Below are positions 26,401 to 40,568 of a stretch of DNA of 64,000 nucleotides, in pieces. Position 1 is the first letter of the stretch. Each line of letters begins with the position of its first letter. Location of the stretch: contig BFEA01000004.1 of assembly GCA_003427395.1 (NCBI GenBank), forward strand, positions 1,104,463 through 1,168,462. The letters are read 5' to 3'. The DNA comes from Chara braunii (taxonomy: Eukaryota; Plantae; Charophyceae). The position numbers and the translations under genes were made by a program. The notes under the pieces were generated by a model. The model did no database searches. It worked only from the letters and a program-made list of their open reading frames with translations, and was not told where the DNA came from.

Positions 26401-27955
26401 CTCATAAATTGGCCCGATTCAGTTAGAAAGCTCTTGAGGATCTGACATCCTTAAAATGTTGGACCCCTTGGATGTATATAGACTTAGCTCGAGTCGAGGG
26501 GGTAGAGCGTTCTGAAAATGTCGTCCCCGTTGGATGTATTTGGACCTAGCTTGCATCCAAGGGGTAGGACGTTTTCAGAACGTCATAGCCTTATGAGCTG
26601 AAAATATCGAGCTAAATCGAGCCAATTTATGAGTTTTAAAATATGTCTGTTTTTATGAAATTGTTGTTATAGAGGGTTTAGGGTCTTACAATGGACACGC
26701 GCTACAGTAAAACACTGCTCAACATCGGGTTTAAGGTGTTTTTACAAACCCAAGCGCAAACTTGAAATATAAAAGTCGCACCACCAGGGTAGAAAAATAT
26801 GATCCCCACTAGTAAAATAAAATAGCCTCAATGTCACAAACAACCAAGGCTACAGAAACCTCAATAAAAAGTCCCTGATGACTATTAAGCTTCTACACAT
26901 AGGACGTTGGACCTGATTTCCAAAAGATGAAGCTCCCCATCTATAGATGGAGCGGACGACACCGGGTCTACTAGGGGAGGTTGCTCTTATCACCCAGCGA
27001 GACCCATAGTGGAGCGAGGTACTTTTCGCCAAACTACTTATATATTGCAACCTAATTTTGGGGCATAGGACCTGACTTTATTGCTCACCAAATGTGCAAA
27101 ATGAGAAATAATCTACCAATAAAACATGGGACTATACACCGTCATACTTTTGCGGTGAGTAGCAGAATGAGGCTATGGGCCTCGGTGCACTACTCTACAC
27201 ATGCACAAAAGTAAAAAAATATGGCAATGTATCTTACCATGTTCTAGTGGTGGTTTCAGTCTCATTTTGCACAATTGGAGAGTAGTGCAGTGACACCCAG
27301 GGTATTTCTATAAGCTATGGAGCGGCGAGAATGAATGTTCCGCTACAACCCGGGTAGATACATCGCCACATTTTTTGTTTTTTGCACATCTGCTTAGTGT
27401 AACGAGGCCCATAATGGAGCGAGGTACTTGTCGCCATGCTACTTGTTGCCACGCTACTTCCTGATAAAAACGACAAAGAGAAAGAAATCCAGGGAAGGAA
27501 AAAACAACGACTTTTGAGGCCTCTACAGACCCCTATGACACATAGCACACGCAAAACGACAGGGGAAAAAGAAACACCACGACAGCCCCGAGAGCAACCG
27601 CACCCCATACAACCACCACCGGGCCCAACTGGAAAAAAAGTCTTGTGGGACAACATCATGCGAGACCCTCGTTTTCCTTTATAAGAGTAAGAAAAGAAAA
27701 GGGAATTGTGAACCAGTATTCAAAATAAAGATAGGGGTTGCGATATTATCAATAAACGAAAAGCCATATTTTTTCCTTCTATAAACCATAAGCACATCTA
27801 GAGAATTTGAATGAGCCTCTGCAAAAAGTTAGGGGACTCAGGACAGGGGCCGTCGGGGGGATCAAAACTGCTTTTAATAGTGCCACCCCACGGCATAGGA
27901 CAATTTTTTTTCTTGTGACCCTCCAAATGCTTTGTCTAAGCCTCCTTATGAGAGG

Positions 27956-28761
27956 CAGGGTCGCCAGTGTTAGGGTCCGAACGAACTGCCGAACCCGAAC
28001 GGCTGAACGTTTGGCGCCCCTTAAAGATAGGTTGATCCAAACCCGAATGCCAAAAAAAAAAAAGAAACCCGGACAAAAACTATGTTATGCAGAAAAATAA
28101 ACTCAACCACTTTTGTTGCGCGGTCACATCAAAATTCTTTACAAAATTAAAAATAAAAAATACATTTTTTTTATTTTATTTTTTTGGGGGGGGGGCGGTC
28201 AGGCAAAAGGTCCCGGGCCACTCTGGTAGGCTGTGGTAGCCTAGTTTTTTTTTTTTTTTTGACTTTGGATCACCAACTATTTATTGATTGACTGATTAAT
28301 TGGTCATTGATTCATTATTTGATAGGAAAAAAAGAGCATCTGCATGTTTGTGTGTGTGAGAGACTCTTTCTCTCTCTCTTTCTCTCAAACACATAAACAT
28401 ACACACTATCACACACACACACACATTGAAAAGGTTTTAAGGACACAGGAAAAAAAACAAAATGGTGAGTCGGCGATCAGTTTTTTGACAGAACAATTTT
28501 TACATTGCCATCTTCGACAAGTTTTCATTTTTGTTTGAATCAGCCAAATATCCTGAAACTTTATCGGCATTTACGTTACATGCTACGGAACCCACAAAAA
28601 AACTAATCAAAGAAAAATAAAATAATTTAGGTCCCAAAATGATTTTTGATGGGGGCTAAACTTTAGGAAGTTTGACCTCCTCACGTTTGGCCGGACAACC
28701 GAACATTCCGGGGGGCGGGGGGTGGAACCCCCCCACTCGAAGGTTCGGACGGGTAACCCTG
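27956..28761. mobile_element. Non-autonomous hAT element, same CAGGGT-terminus family
   Basis: Termini CAGGGTCGCC / GGTAACCCTG, TSD atgagagg / aggagagg (7 of 8 match), and ccgaac subterminal repeats. Confidence 0.8.
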
Positions 28762-29659
28762 AGGAGAGGCTCAATCCCAATTCTCAACTTGGTTGGCGCC
28801 ATGTGTTTATGGTTTAACAACACTCTTTTTGGTTATTCATCACTTTTAGTTGCAAGGCCCAACCTAAAACCGCCCGTACACCGGCTTGGCAGTCTTTCAC
28901 TGCGTGCAAAGCTTTACCAAACTGCCAACAACTCACTTTTTTCTTTTCTTGTTGGCACCACCAACTCTTATGATCCAGTAACTCTTAGACTCCAAATTTG
29001 TCGTAGGTCATGAAAGATTTATCCACAAGGCTGGGGCCATGTACTGGCGGTTGGTCTAATCTCTGAAGCGGAGGTGAGCGACTCAACGGTTTGAAACGTA
29101 GTGCAACCCCATTTGAAGTGACTACTACACCGACGTACAAAAAAGAGAAACAAAAGGTTAGTACAGAACCTCCACCACGTGGCACACAAAGTCCAGACTT
29201 TTTGTCCAATAAAAGAACAGTGACAACCCAGTTAAAATCCACAATCGTTTAATATGACTGTGACAAGATGTCACACTAGTTACTAGCATCTTCTTTTTAA
29301 CTTTTCGATCGTTCTCTCATACAAAAATCATTCAAAAGGGGAAAACAAATGTAACTCATATCCATTTGTGAACTCAATCACAAGAGTGGGCCAGACCCTA
29401 TCAGCAGTGTCAGGTATATGTCACCTTCCTATAGTCAATTCAATAGTGACCTTCCCTCGGACCCCCCCCACCTCGCGAAAAAATAAAAAAAATAAAAATT
29501 GCAAGGTTCAAATAAGATTTATGAACAACGGCACCAGCATCTCTTTTTTTTCTCTCTAACACATACACACTCACACACACTGTGTATGTCATGGATGAGA
29601 ATGCGACCTAGTATATCTCTCACATACTACAGCGCACACACATTCATACGTGTGCAGAA

Positions 29660-29663
<4 letters not shown>

Positions 29664-29735
<72 letters not shown>
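29664..29735. repeat. (AG)n microsatellite abutting an assembly gap
   Basis: Pure AG run followed by Ns. Confidence 0.97.
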
Positions 29736-31971
29736 NNNNNNNNNNNNNNNNNNNNNNNNNNNNNNNNNNNNNNNNNNNNNNNNNNNNNNNNNNNNNNNNN
29801 NNNNNNNNNNNNNNNNNNNNNNNNNNNNNNNNNNNNNNNNNNNNNNNNNNNNNNNNNNNNNNNNNNNNNNNNNNNNNNNNNNNNNNNNNNNNNNNNNNNN
29901 NNNNNNNNNNNNNNNNNNNNNNNNNNNNNNNNNNNNNNNNNNNNNNNNNNNNNNNNNNNNNNNNNNNNNNNNNNNNNNNNNNNNNNNNNNNNNNNNNNNN
30001 NNNNNNNNNNNNNNNNNNNNNNNNNNNNNNNNNNNNNNNNNNNNNNNNNNNNNNNNNNNNNNNNNNNNNNNNNNNNNNNNNNNNNNNNNNNNNNNNNNNN
30101 NNNNNNNNNNNNNNNNNNNNNNNNNNNNNNNNNNNNNNNNNNNNNNNNNNNNNNNNNNNNNNNNNNNNNNNNNNNNNNNNNNNNNNNNNNNNNNNNNNNN
30201 NNNNNNNNNNNNNNNNNNNNNNNNNNNNNNNNNNNNNNNNNNNNNNNNNNNNNNNNNNNNNNNNNNNNNNNNNNNNNNNNNNNNNNNNNNNNNNNNNNNN
30301 NNNNNNNNNNNNNNNNNNNNNNNNNNNNNNNNNNNNNNNNNNNNNNNNNNNNNNNNNNNNNNNNNNNNNNNNNNNNNNNNNNNNNNNNNNNNNNNNNNNN
30401 NNNNNNNNNNNNNNNNNNNNNNNNNNNNNNNNNNNNNNNNNNNNNNNNNNNNNNNNNNNNNNNNNNNNNNNNNNNNNNNNNNNNNNNNNNNNNNNNNNNN
30501 NNNNNNNNNNNNNNNNNNNNNNNNNNNNNNNNNNNNNNNNNNNNNNNNNNNNNNNNNNNNNNNNNNNNNNNNNNNNNNNNNNNNNNNNNNNNNNNNNNNN
30601 NNNNNNNNNNNNNNNNNNNNNNNNNNNNNNNNNNNNNNNNNNNNNNNNNNNNNNNNNNNNNNNNNNNNNNNNNNNNNNNNNNNNNNNNNNNNNNAAAAAA
30701 AAAAAAAAAGGGATACAAAAAAAAAACCAAAGTAATGACAACAAATAAAAAATTGTACACGGGAAAGACAATGTAACCAATTTATTATATGCTTTATATT
30801 ATTTGCTATAGAGGTTAAAATTGTTTCAATGTGGACTTACTCTTCTTTAGTGTGCTCATTGTTTGTTGTAGAGATCAAACTGCTTAAATTTTTCATCTTC
30901 GTATCTGGGTGGAAAAAATGTTTTTGTGGTGACAATTTACCATGCACCCATACATGCACGCGCCGTCAGGGTTAACATTAAAAAACAAAAAACACCTTGT
31001 CCTTAAAATTTGATGAGAATGCCAAAAGATTTACCCTATCAGCAGCAAGTCTAAAGTAAGACAGAAAGAAAGATTTACTCGTTTGTTCTTATCAATTGAA
31101 AAAAAAAAAAAGAAAAAAAAAAAATTATTTGCTCATCACTGAGGAAAAGTCCACTGAAAAATCAAGCAGTCTAACTATAAAATAAAAAGAATAACTACGA
31201 TGAAATCAGATAAGAAAATAACACTTATGGTGTCACACTTTTTTCAGTCGGGCCACGTCGGGCGACCAGAAAACCAACAGGCTGTCACGCAGAATTTTTA
31301 TGACTGTAGCAATAAATAAATAGATTAAACAAAACAAATCTTTTCCTGTTGTGTGTGTCCCACTTCAAGCGAGCCCCTTCAAGTGTGGTCTTCGTCGGTC
31401 CCCGGTCTTATGAATTTTTAATTTTGATTCAGAACAACAAAAATCATGCAAATAATAATCATGAAGTTCCGGTGTGCCATGCATATATCAAATTTGTCAA
31501 GTTGCTAATTTTGATAACTATAATAAGATCATCAGAGAGCACAATCATCAATGAAGGTCAATCAATGCGAATGAAGCAAGACTGGCCGAGTCAATGCATA
31601 GACAAAATGAGGGGAAAAGTGAGAACTCATAATAATATCAGAAAATACAGATGAATAGACATGACCAGCACTCATCAAAAGTCCTGACTCGTCCCCCCAA
31701 AACCTCATCATCGGTCTTTCATTTAACTGTGTCTCTTGTGCCTCGAGCCATGCCTATGTACCTCCTAAAATTGTGGCCTCTGTATGTAGAGCCACCTAAA
31801 GCCTGCAAGCTCTTAACACTTTCATCCTAGGCCCATGATATGAAAATCAACCATAACACAAAATTATTCCCATAAAATAGGAAGATACGGTTGGGAGAAA
31901 ATCCCTCGTATGAGATACCGAAACTTTGAGGGTTTATTTACCGCCTTGTAATCAATCTCTGTCGGAGAAAT

Positions 31972-32250
31972 GTACCTCTTTGCTAGATCAACCCAGTCGC
32001 CCCAGTAAGAATCATCCGTGAGAAGGAAAGGTATTAGAGGCTTGAGATAGTCAACGTAGAGCTTGGGACTGAAGCTACGGATTAACTTCGTGCCACACTC
32101 ATCAAGCTAGTTCCTCTTCTCCCTGAACCTCTTTGCTAGATCAACCCAGTCGCCCCAGTAAGAACCATCCGCGAGAAGAAGGCTTGGGATAGTCAATGTA
32201 GAGTTTGAGACCGAAGCTACGGATGAGCTTCGTGCCACATTCATCAAATT
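31972..32250. repeat. Imperfect tandem duplication (~155-bp unit, two copies)
   Basis: cctctttgctagatcaacccagtcgccccagtaagaa.catccg.gagaag...gaagctacggat...cttcgtgccaca occurs at about 31975 and about 32128. Confidence 0.85.
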
Positions 32251-35200
32251 ATTTCCCCTTCTCCTCAAGTGACTTCGCTGCTGAGATTCAAACTGAGTCA
32301 AAGAGATCATGAGTTCAAGTAGACCCTCAAGTCATGAATGACACCTCTTGCAAACTCAGTGTGAACTACAAAGACGGATAGGTCATATTGCTTGAAGCCA
32401 TTCGCATTGACATACAGGTACGGGAAAGCATCTTTGGAAGCAATCTTTTTGAGACTGATCAGAACCGACTGATCGACTGGAAATAAAGTAACGGTACTCA
32501 TGTGTCAGGGTGAATGCTGAAACGGATCTGGAGAGTGATGAGTTTTGATTGGAAAAAACGATCAACAGTGTTGATTATAACTTTATAAACTGAATACCGT
32601 TGACAACAATACTGACTGAGGGATACTGACTTATTGTAATGGCTAGATTCAGGAGGAGAAATGAGTTTTCATGCGTTCACCCAAGCTTAGTCTTGGCTTG
32701 TTTAACCATTTCTAGTGACGAGCCAGTGTTGTGCAACTTGTCATTGTGATCATAAAAATAAAATACATATTCGATATATATGTTTTCCCTGACCATCAGT
32801 ACTGCAGATTCTCTCTGAGCCAGCTTATGAGAATTCATGTCCTAACATACATTTTTCTGTCATCCCTCCTTTTTATCTCTGTTAGATCTGTACTTCATCA
32901 CTAGGACCTCATCTTCTTTCATGATTTATCCCTCACCCCAAGACTTTGGTCGTGGAAAGGATAGACTGCAAATAGTTTGGGTGGGCTCCACACTCAAAGA
33001 GGAAAATTGGTCTCAGATTCAAAAGTTGTTGATGTTCTGTTTAGGTTGACTGTCGTGGATTCCGGACGTGCTGAACTATTACCTCCACCGCCAACACCAG
33101 GTTGAAACAACCTTAAGGGGTTTTGCTGAACAAAAGTTTAGTGCAGATACAAACTGCAGTTAGGGATGACTCTATTTTGCAATTATGAGAGAATGTTGAA
33201 GGCCGATATTTAAGTTTAACTACGGCAAGTCACAAAGGTAATTTGAGCAAATCATTTGATCTTGGCAGAACAACTGCTGAGTACAGGACTAGCTCGTCAA
33301 CCCACACATCTAGCATGCAAACTGAAAGTCTTGAGAGACGCTACCCATCAAAAGCAATCCGAACACTGATCCATAACATGCCAATGGATAGCAATAGCGG
33401 TGTCATAGAAGCAATGAGATAAGATATCCGCCGGTTTCAGAATAAATTGAAGGTGTCACTAATTTGGGTCATTTTACTGCGATGAACTACCAGTGGGGTT
33501 TCGGTACGAGCCTTGTAACTAGCTCTCTCAGCTAATGAGACGCTGCTAAATTCTCAGTAAATAACTTTCCCCAATAGTCATCGGCATCCGTTCACTACAT
33601 ATGATTTAGCAGACTGCAGACTACCAAGGGTTCCCGGTTGGATGCTTGCTGCACAAGGTTCATTCACGTTCTTTATGAGTATTGCAGTGCTTTTGCCCTG
33701 TTGACATATGGCACAAAATGCAGATGGACACTACCTCAGCCCTCGCGCAACATTGACAAGCCAGTGGTCATCATCGATTTCCCGTTTTCATTTCCACATG
33801 ACACATGAAACAAAAGTTTACAGATCCAGCTCGTGCACTGGCCAATAAGGTAGGTGAGCACAACTTTCACTCACGAGTAAATCAAAGCAACGCAATGCTT
33901 AGGAATGAGGCAGGGAGTCTAGACGCCTCGCTCGTAACGTCAAAGACCTTTCTTCATTCGTACTACGAGGGACTCACTGTTTTGTGTCCGAAATTCATTC
34001 TCTTTTGAACAGCGTTGATCCGTAGTAACTTTTGCTCTTACTTAAAAGCTACCCAGGGGGTATATATATTATCAGTCTGCTTTCATATGGTCTGCAGCGT
34101 ACCAATGATCGTAATTCCCCTCTCGTTTGTCTTCTTGTTTGAAATATCCCCCATACGAATAGCCCGCAGGGTTCTACTAGAGGAACCTCCCCCTTGAAAT
34201 TATGTCGAGGGTAAAGTTTCCCCTCCTCTCAAGCGGACAGAGTGCAACGTAAAGCAAAGTAAACAACAACAATAAACAATCATCACTTTCGGGTTGGTGA
34301 CGGACAAACCTCATCGTCGCCCCGTTTAGGACACAACTAGTTAGACTTCTTGTCTACAGGCCTCATAAAAAGTATTGTATGTCAGAAAGAATGGCTAGCG
34401 CTCAATTGACAATTACTTAACGAGCAGGGGTTAAACTCATGCCCCCGATCTCATTAGCGGTTAATGGAAGGCAAAAAATTTGGGGGTTTTCGCGGCATCG
34501 CTACAAGCAATGTTGTCGAACCAATTGCGAATAAACTACGCAGGCTCATAATACAAACATAAATAAAAAAAAAAACAGGCAAAAAAAAAAAAAACTCAAA
34601 AACACTATAAAACCCTGTTCGGAGTAACTTTCGGAGTTTGCCGAATCTTTTTTCGAGTCCGGCGTTTTTGCTAAGTTTTTCATTACTGGTCCAAATATCA
34701 GGTAAAAAGAAAAACCAAGAAAAAAGTAAAAATTCAGGGAAATATGGCAGTTTCGCACTGTTTCGGTAAAAATTTCCCCATTCACCGCTTCTCCCCGGTC
34801 TAGGTACTATGCTCAACTTGTTACCAACTCAGTTTACTGGGAGAACACATTCATGGGTTTTGCCTTTCATATGAAATTGTTCAGTTTATGCCTTTACCCG
34901 CTTGTTGCGATGGATTCATGCAGATCAATCCAAAACCCGAATCAACCCGCTTAACCTCGGCAATTCTCACGAGAAATGTGCAAGCAATGATAAAGAATAG
35001 AATCATGCGAGAGTTATGGAATTGTGCTGTTTTCAAAGGTGTAACAACTAATATTTCTCACAATCCCTCCACTGCCCGTCGTCTACCTATCCTTTTTCTA
35101 TGCGCCTAACCGCATGATTTGTCAGACCCTGTCTAACAAAATTTTGATCAATGAATAAGCCACCTTCCTCAATATGATCTTCCTTTTTCCATCAATCACA

Positions 35201-37091
35201 TGTATGCTGCCTACTCGGGGTTCAGTGATCCATCTTTCCCTTCTCACCCCCTCTCTCTGATAGAACATTAGTTAGTGAAGATTCATCTACCAAGCAAAAG
35301 CAGGGCGAAAACCAGGGGTCTTGGTCACAGTAAGCCTTGACAATCCGAATAACGAGGGTTGTGCATTGCTGCTATTAAAGCTACTTTCCCAGCATGACGC
35401 TGAACACGTTCCCGAAATAATCAGCCAATTCTAACAAGAAACAAGTTCTCACACGGACAAACCTCCCGACGGCTCGTTAGTGAATGAGGGAGGAAGAAAC
35501 TCATATATAAGGGTCAAGAAGTTCGTTCAAGCTTAAATTCAACGTGCAGCTGACATCACTCTTAGTCCTCAATCTCTACACATCACCAGAATTGACAATC
35601 CCATAACCTTTCCGTTCATTCCCAATTATATAATACTCTTAACAACATGGGGACCCAAGAAAGCAAGACGAGTCGATTAGCCTTCTGGAGTGGAAGAGGC
35701 AACCTACCACACTTAGTGGTAGCAGCAACAGGAAAGACCACACAGATCAAGCCTCGATAGTTACAGATCGCCTGGGGGGATCAGCGAGCTACCTCATACG
35801 TACACTCCACTTGGAAGATTCAACCTCTGCAATTCAAGTGCATGAATGGCATATCAAATCCCGTACACCTCTTCTCAATGATTACGGTCGTTTCACTCAT
35901 TTCAATCAACAAAGTTAATCTCCATTCGCGTCACACTCAACCATACCACTAGAAACCACATCAACACTTACCCTGTACCTTCGCGTGTAGCCTCTTTATG
36001 AGCGAGGACTATGACTCCGCGCGTGGAAAACGTGACGCAGCTAGGCGCACAACATGTTTCCCAAGCTCTACCGCAAGCCCCTGTATAATACCTTGTACAA
36101 ATACGGGGCATTTGTATGATCCATACACCTGTACGTACGGCCCCCCAGGCGGCCGTATGGGCCGTACGTACAGCCGTACGAGTCCTTTCGGCGGCCTTTC
36201 CGGGGTGTTCTAACAAGGGGCGGAGGGGGTGCACGCCGGGGGCTACCCCCCAAAGTAAAAAAAAAAAGAAAAAAAAAATGTTCGTTAAGGGGGTGGGTGA
36301 GGGTTGGGGGAATGCTGGGGTTTCGGGGAACAAAAAAAAAAAAAAAAGATTGATTGATTGATNNNNNNNNNNNNNNNNNNNNNNNNNNNNNNNNNNNNNN
36401 NNNNNNNNNNNNNNNNNNNNNNNNNNNNNNNNNNNNNNNNNNNNNNNNNNNNNNNNNNNNNNNNNNNNNNNNNNNNNNNNNNNNNNNNNNNNNNNNNNNN
36501 NNNNNNNNNNNNNNNNNNNNNNNNNNNNNNNNNNNNNNNNNNNNNNNNNNNNNNNNNNNNNNNNNNNNNNNNNNNNNNNNNNNNNNNNNNNNNNNNNNNN
36601 NNNNNNNNNNNNNNNNNNNNNNNNNNNNNNNNNNNNNNNNNNNNNNNNNNNNNNNNNNNNNNNNNNNNNNNNNNNNNNNNNNNNNNNNNNNNNNNNNNNN
36701 NNNNNNNNNNNNNNNNNNNNNNNNNNNNNNNNNNNNNNNNNNNNNNNNNNNNNNNNNNNNNNNNNNNNNNNNNNNNNNNNNNNNNNNNNNNNNNNNNNNN
36801 NNNNNNNNNNNNNNNNNNNNNNNNNNNNNNNNNNNNNNNNNNNNNNNNNNNNNNNNNNNNNNNNNNNNNNNNNNNNNNNNNNNNNNNNNNNNNNNNNNNN
36901 NNNNNNNNNNNNNNNNNNNNNNNNNNNNNNNNNNNNNNNNNNNNNNNNNNNNNNNNNNNNNNNNNNNNNNNNNNNNNNNNNNNNNNNNNNNNNNNNNNNN
37001 NNNNNNNNNNNNNNNNNNNNNNNNNNNNNNNNNNNNNNNNNNNNNNNNNNNNNNNNNNNNTTTACGACCCTGACTCCCCGCCACTTTTTCC

Positions 37092-37123
<32 letters not shown>

Positions 37124-39128
37124 TCCTTTTTACGTTCCTCTAGGCCCTCTTTTTGGCCGTAGGATAGATGTGTATGAAGAGGTGGACGAGGGCGATAGCT
37201 TGCGTCGAAAGGCAACAATTCTCGGACGGACTCCGCAGCTATATCAGAATAGAACCCCGACGCTCTATTCATCGATTCACCATACGGTTAATGGTTCTGG
37301 CGGCAAAACAGGGCGTCCGCTTTCCTCGTTCGTGAAAGGGTTGGGTGAGGTGGCAGGCGGCATGGATTTCTTCGCTGACTGAAACCTAGAGGAGGAGCAG
37401 CAGGAGGTGGAGGAGCTGGTAACGTTCCTGGCGGTCGACACTTTCCCGGTTTTGCTTTCGTAACCCGACGCCTGAGTACTCTGAGGCCTGGCGACATGCA
37501 TGCCGATGCTACCTGCCCTGCTGAACATGTTTTTCCCTGCCTACCCTCTTCTGCACCAACGCGAAACGCCTCGACCGTCCTCCTCTTCCTCGCCCTTCTG
37601 AACCTCGCCATAGCTGGCGCAATGCTAGCCGCATGTCTTTCCGAGGGAATCTTCCTCCGCTTATCGGGTAGGCGCTTTGCACTATTGATTGGTTGCACTA
37701 TCTGCTTCGCAACCATCTTTCTCGCCAGCTGCTGCTGCCTCTTCTTTGTGCTAGGCGCCGGAGGTGGGCGCGGGTGCTAGCTAGACGTAGTGCACCACGA
37801 GGAGCGGCGCGATGGAGCATAGGACTTTGACGGAGGCTTTGACATGCGCCTTTTTGGCCTTCCTTTTGTTTCTCTCCTTGCTTTCCTTCCTCTACTTCAT
37901 CTACTCCCTCTCCCAATCCCTCCCACATGCCCCTCCCCTCCCCCTCCCCCATGCCCCGTCCCTCGTCCCTCGATCCCGCAACCCCCCATCTCAATGCACC
38001 CCCATCCATAACCCGGCCACTACCCCCCCCCCGCCTTCCAGAGATCCTGGAAGATGTTCCCCCCTCTGAAAACGCCCCACGTGGCATGGGGCAGAAAAGC
38101 GCTTTAGGGAGCTGCCACGCCCTTCCCGCGATTCGGCGAGATGATCCGCGCAGCTGCAAGAATGCCGTGGATTTGGAGGAAAGAGCTGAAGCGGGATATC
38201 CCCTTCCCCCCTTCCCCTTCCTCCCTCCCTCCTTCTCCCCCTTCTTTGCTCCCTCCCCCCTTCTCCCCCTTCTTTGCTCCCCTTCCCTTCCCTTTCCCCC
38301 CCCTTTTTCCCCCCCCTCTTCCTCCTCCCCCGATCTTCCCTTCTATCCCCTTGAAACCTTACGACTGTTCGATAGTAGAGGTGCGAGGTGGGCGGCTTAA
38401 TCTGTAATTGCTTCTGATTGAGATAAGAACTGGTCGTGCTTTTTTTCGAATCTTCTGAAACATTGCGTCTATCATGGTGCTGGCTTTTAATGGTTGTTCT
38501 GTCTTTGGTTCCTGGGGTTGTCGTCCTTCCGAAGTCTTTTCGATTTTTTTATGGATGAATGGACCGATCTTTTCTAAAATATCGCTTTTTCTAGGTGCTT
38601 GGTTCTTATTGGTTGCTTTTCTCCTCCCTGTCTATTATCTCCCCTCCCTCCCTTGCAATTTCCCTTCAGTATTTCCCCGTTTGTCGATTTCCGTTTGACA
38701 TCTTGTTGTTGGTATATCAAGGTTATTCGAAAGGATGGTATGTGACTGTATCAACGCGTTGATGTATGTCACCAATGGTTGTTCTGTCGCCGAATTGTCA
38801 CCCCCTTTTCTTTCGAAGTTTTTTTCGAATGTTTATCCCTCTCCCTGAATGGATGGTTCGATCTTCGCCCCCTTGCGATACGAAGCACCCCTACCCCCCT
38901 TCACTGCAACTCGCCACTTGCGCTGGCTTGGCCGAACTTCACCCAATAGAACGGCCTCGTGGTTACCCTCACCACAAGATGGACATACCAAGTGGTTTTA
39001 CCTCGCCGCGTTGGAATATCGCCTCCCGCCTCTTGCTTTCTGCTCACGGTGCGCCGACGTTTTTAGTCGGAGTAGCACGGGCATGACGTGTCGTGCTCGT
39101 GCGAAGTGCATGTGACGTACGCATGCTA

Positions 39129-39153
39129 ACACACACACACACACACACACATG

Positions 39154-39237
<84 letters not shown>

Positions 39238-39242
39238 CGCAC
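39129..39242. repeat. Compound (CA)n(CT)n(CG)n microsatellite
   Basis: Directly visible; (ATCA)n repeats follow at about 39325-39395. Confidence 0.95.
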
Positions 39243-40475
39243 GCTGAGAGACAGACAGAGAGAGGAGTGTGCAGCTATGTTAGAGCTGCACGCCTATGGG
39301 CCAGGATTTTTTTTTCTTTTCGGATCAATCAAGCAATCAAGCAATCAGCAAGCAATCAATCAATCGACAATCAATCAATCAATCAATCAATCAATTTCTA
39401 CTTCTTTATTTTGTTCTTTTCTCCCGTTTTTATTATTTTTATTTTTTTTAAAATATTCAAAAAAACGGTTTAAAAACCAAAATAGAAAATATAAAATATG
39501 GTGGTGTAAAAAACAAAAAGCTCTTCATCCCCATTTTTATTTTATTTTATTTTTTGAGGGGTTTCGTCATGTTGTACGGGACCGTTCACACGACCGTACG
39601 AGCAGGGCCCCATACATTGTACGGCATGTTTTTTAACAGGCAAGCCCACATCGTCGCTATCCAGTCACATTGTTTTATGACAATTGACGCGCGAGTAGTA
39701 TGCTGTGGGTCGTGAACAGAACTCTCGACTCACGCTAGTTCTTGCGGATGCACGACTATCGCAATTTCCCACCATTGCAGATCTGCTTGTTTTGGCAGTA
39801 GTAGACCTTCACATCTCCTATCGAATTTTCATGGAGCAGCCCTCAAGTAGTTAGTGTTCTGCCCCTCGCATCCTGTACTAAACTGACATGAAATGGGAAT
39901 GAAGTAGTATGACTCGTACTTGGTATCGAATGGCGCGAGCGGCAGGGTCTCACACAAACTCTCCCTTTAGATTTTGACTTCGGGCATGCTGCGTTCAGGC
40001 ACTGCTAGAAAAACCTCCTTTATGACAACGATGGATCAGACGACAGACATGAGTCTCACGCCTCTTTCCTCATCTGGTAACTCTCGAAGTGCTCAAGACA
40101 CCGCACTCTGCAGTGTTCGTTCACAGGAAGCTGCTGACATCAGCAGGCTTACTCTGTTGTGCAAGCTGCAGTGCAAATCCCGAGTTCTCTCAGTAACCCG
40201 TTTCGTGTATCTAAGCCCAACCATATCATGTTGATGACGAGAGAGAAAAAGTGCCTACAACAATAGAGTTTTCTCACACCCGTCTGACTCCGTTCATGCC
40301 TCTTCCCACTGAGAACCTTTCATCGCTCTCCTCAACCCGGCGCCGTCATTACCATGGATCAGTCCCCTCCAGAGATGAGCCCAGTTAGCCTCGGCATGCC
40401 CAGTTCTTTCACCCACAAAGGAAGACTTGTTGCGTAGTCTTCTCTCCTCTCGGGTTTATCCAACAGTGGCGCGCT

Positions 40476-40477
<2 letters not shown>

Positions 40478-40565
<88 letters not shown>
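40478..40565. repeat. (CT)n microsatellite
   Basis: Directly visible. Confidence 0.97.

Positions 40566-40568
<3 letters not shown>

Noticed and set aside
29499-30780. Long ORFs spanning N runs (also at about 36000-37270, 43540-44460 and 1890-2300)
   Set aside because: Artefacts of assembly gaps and flanking microsatellites.
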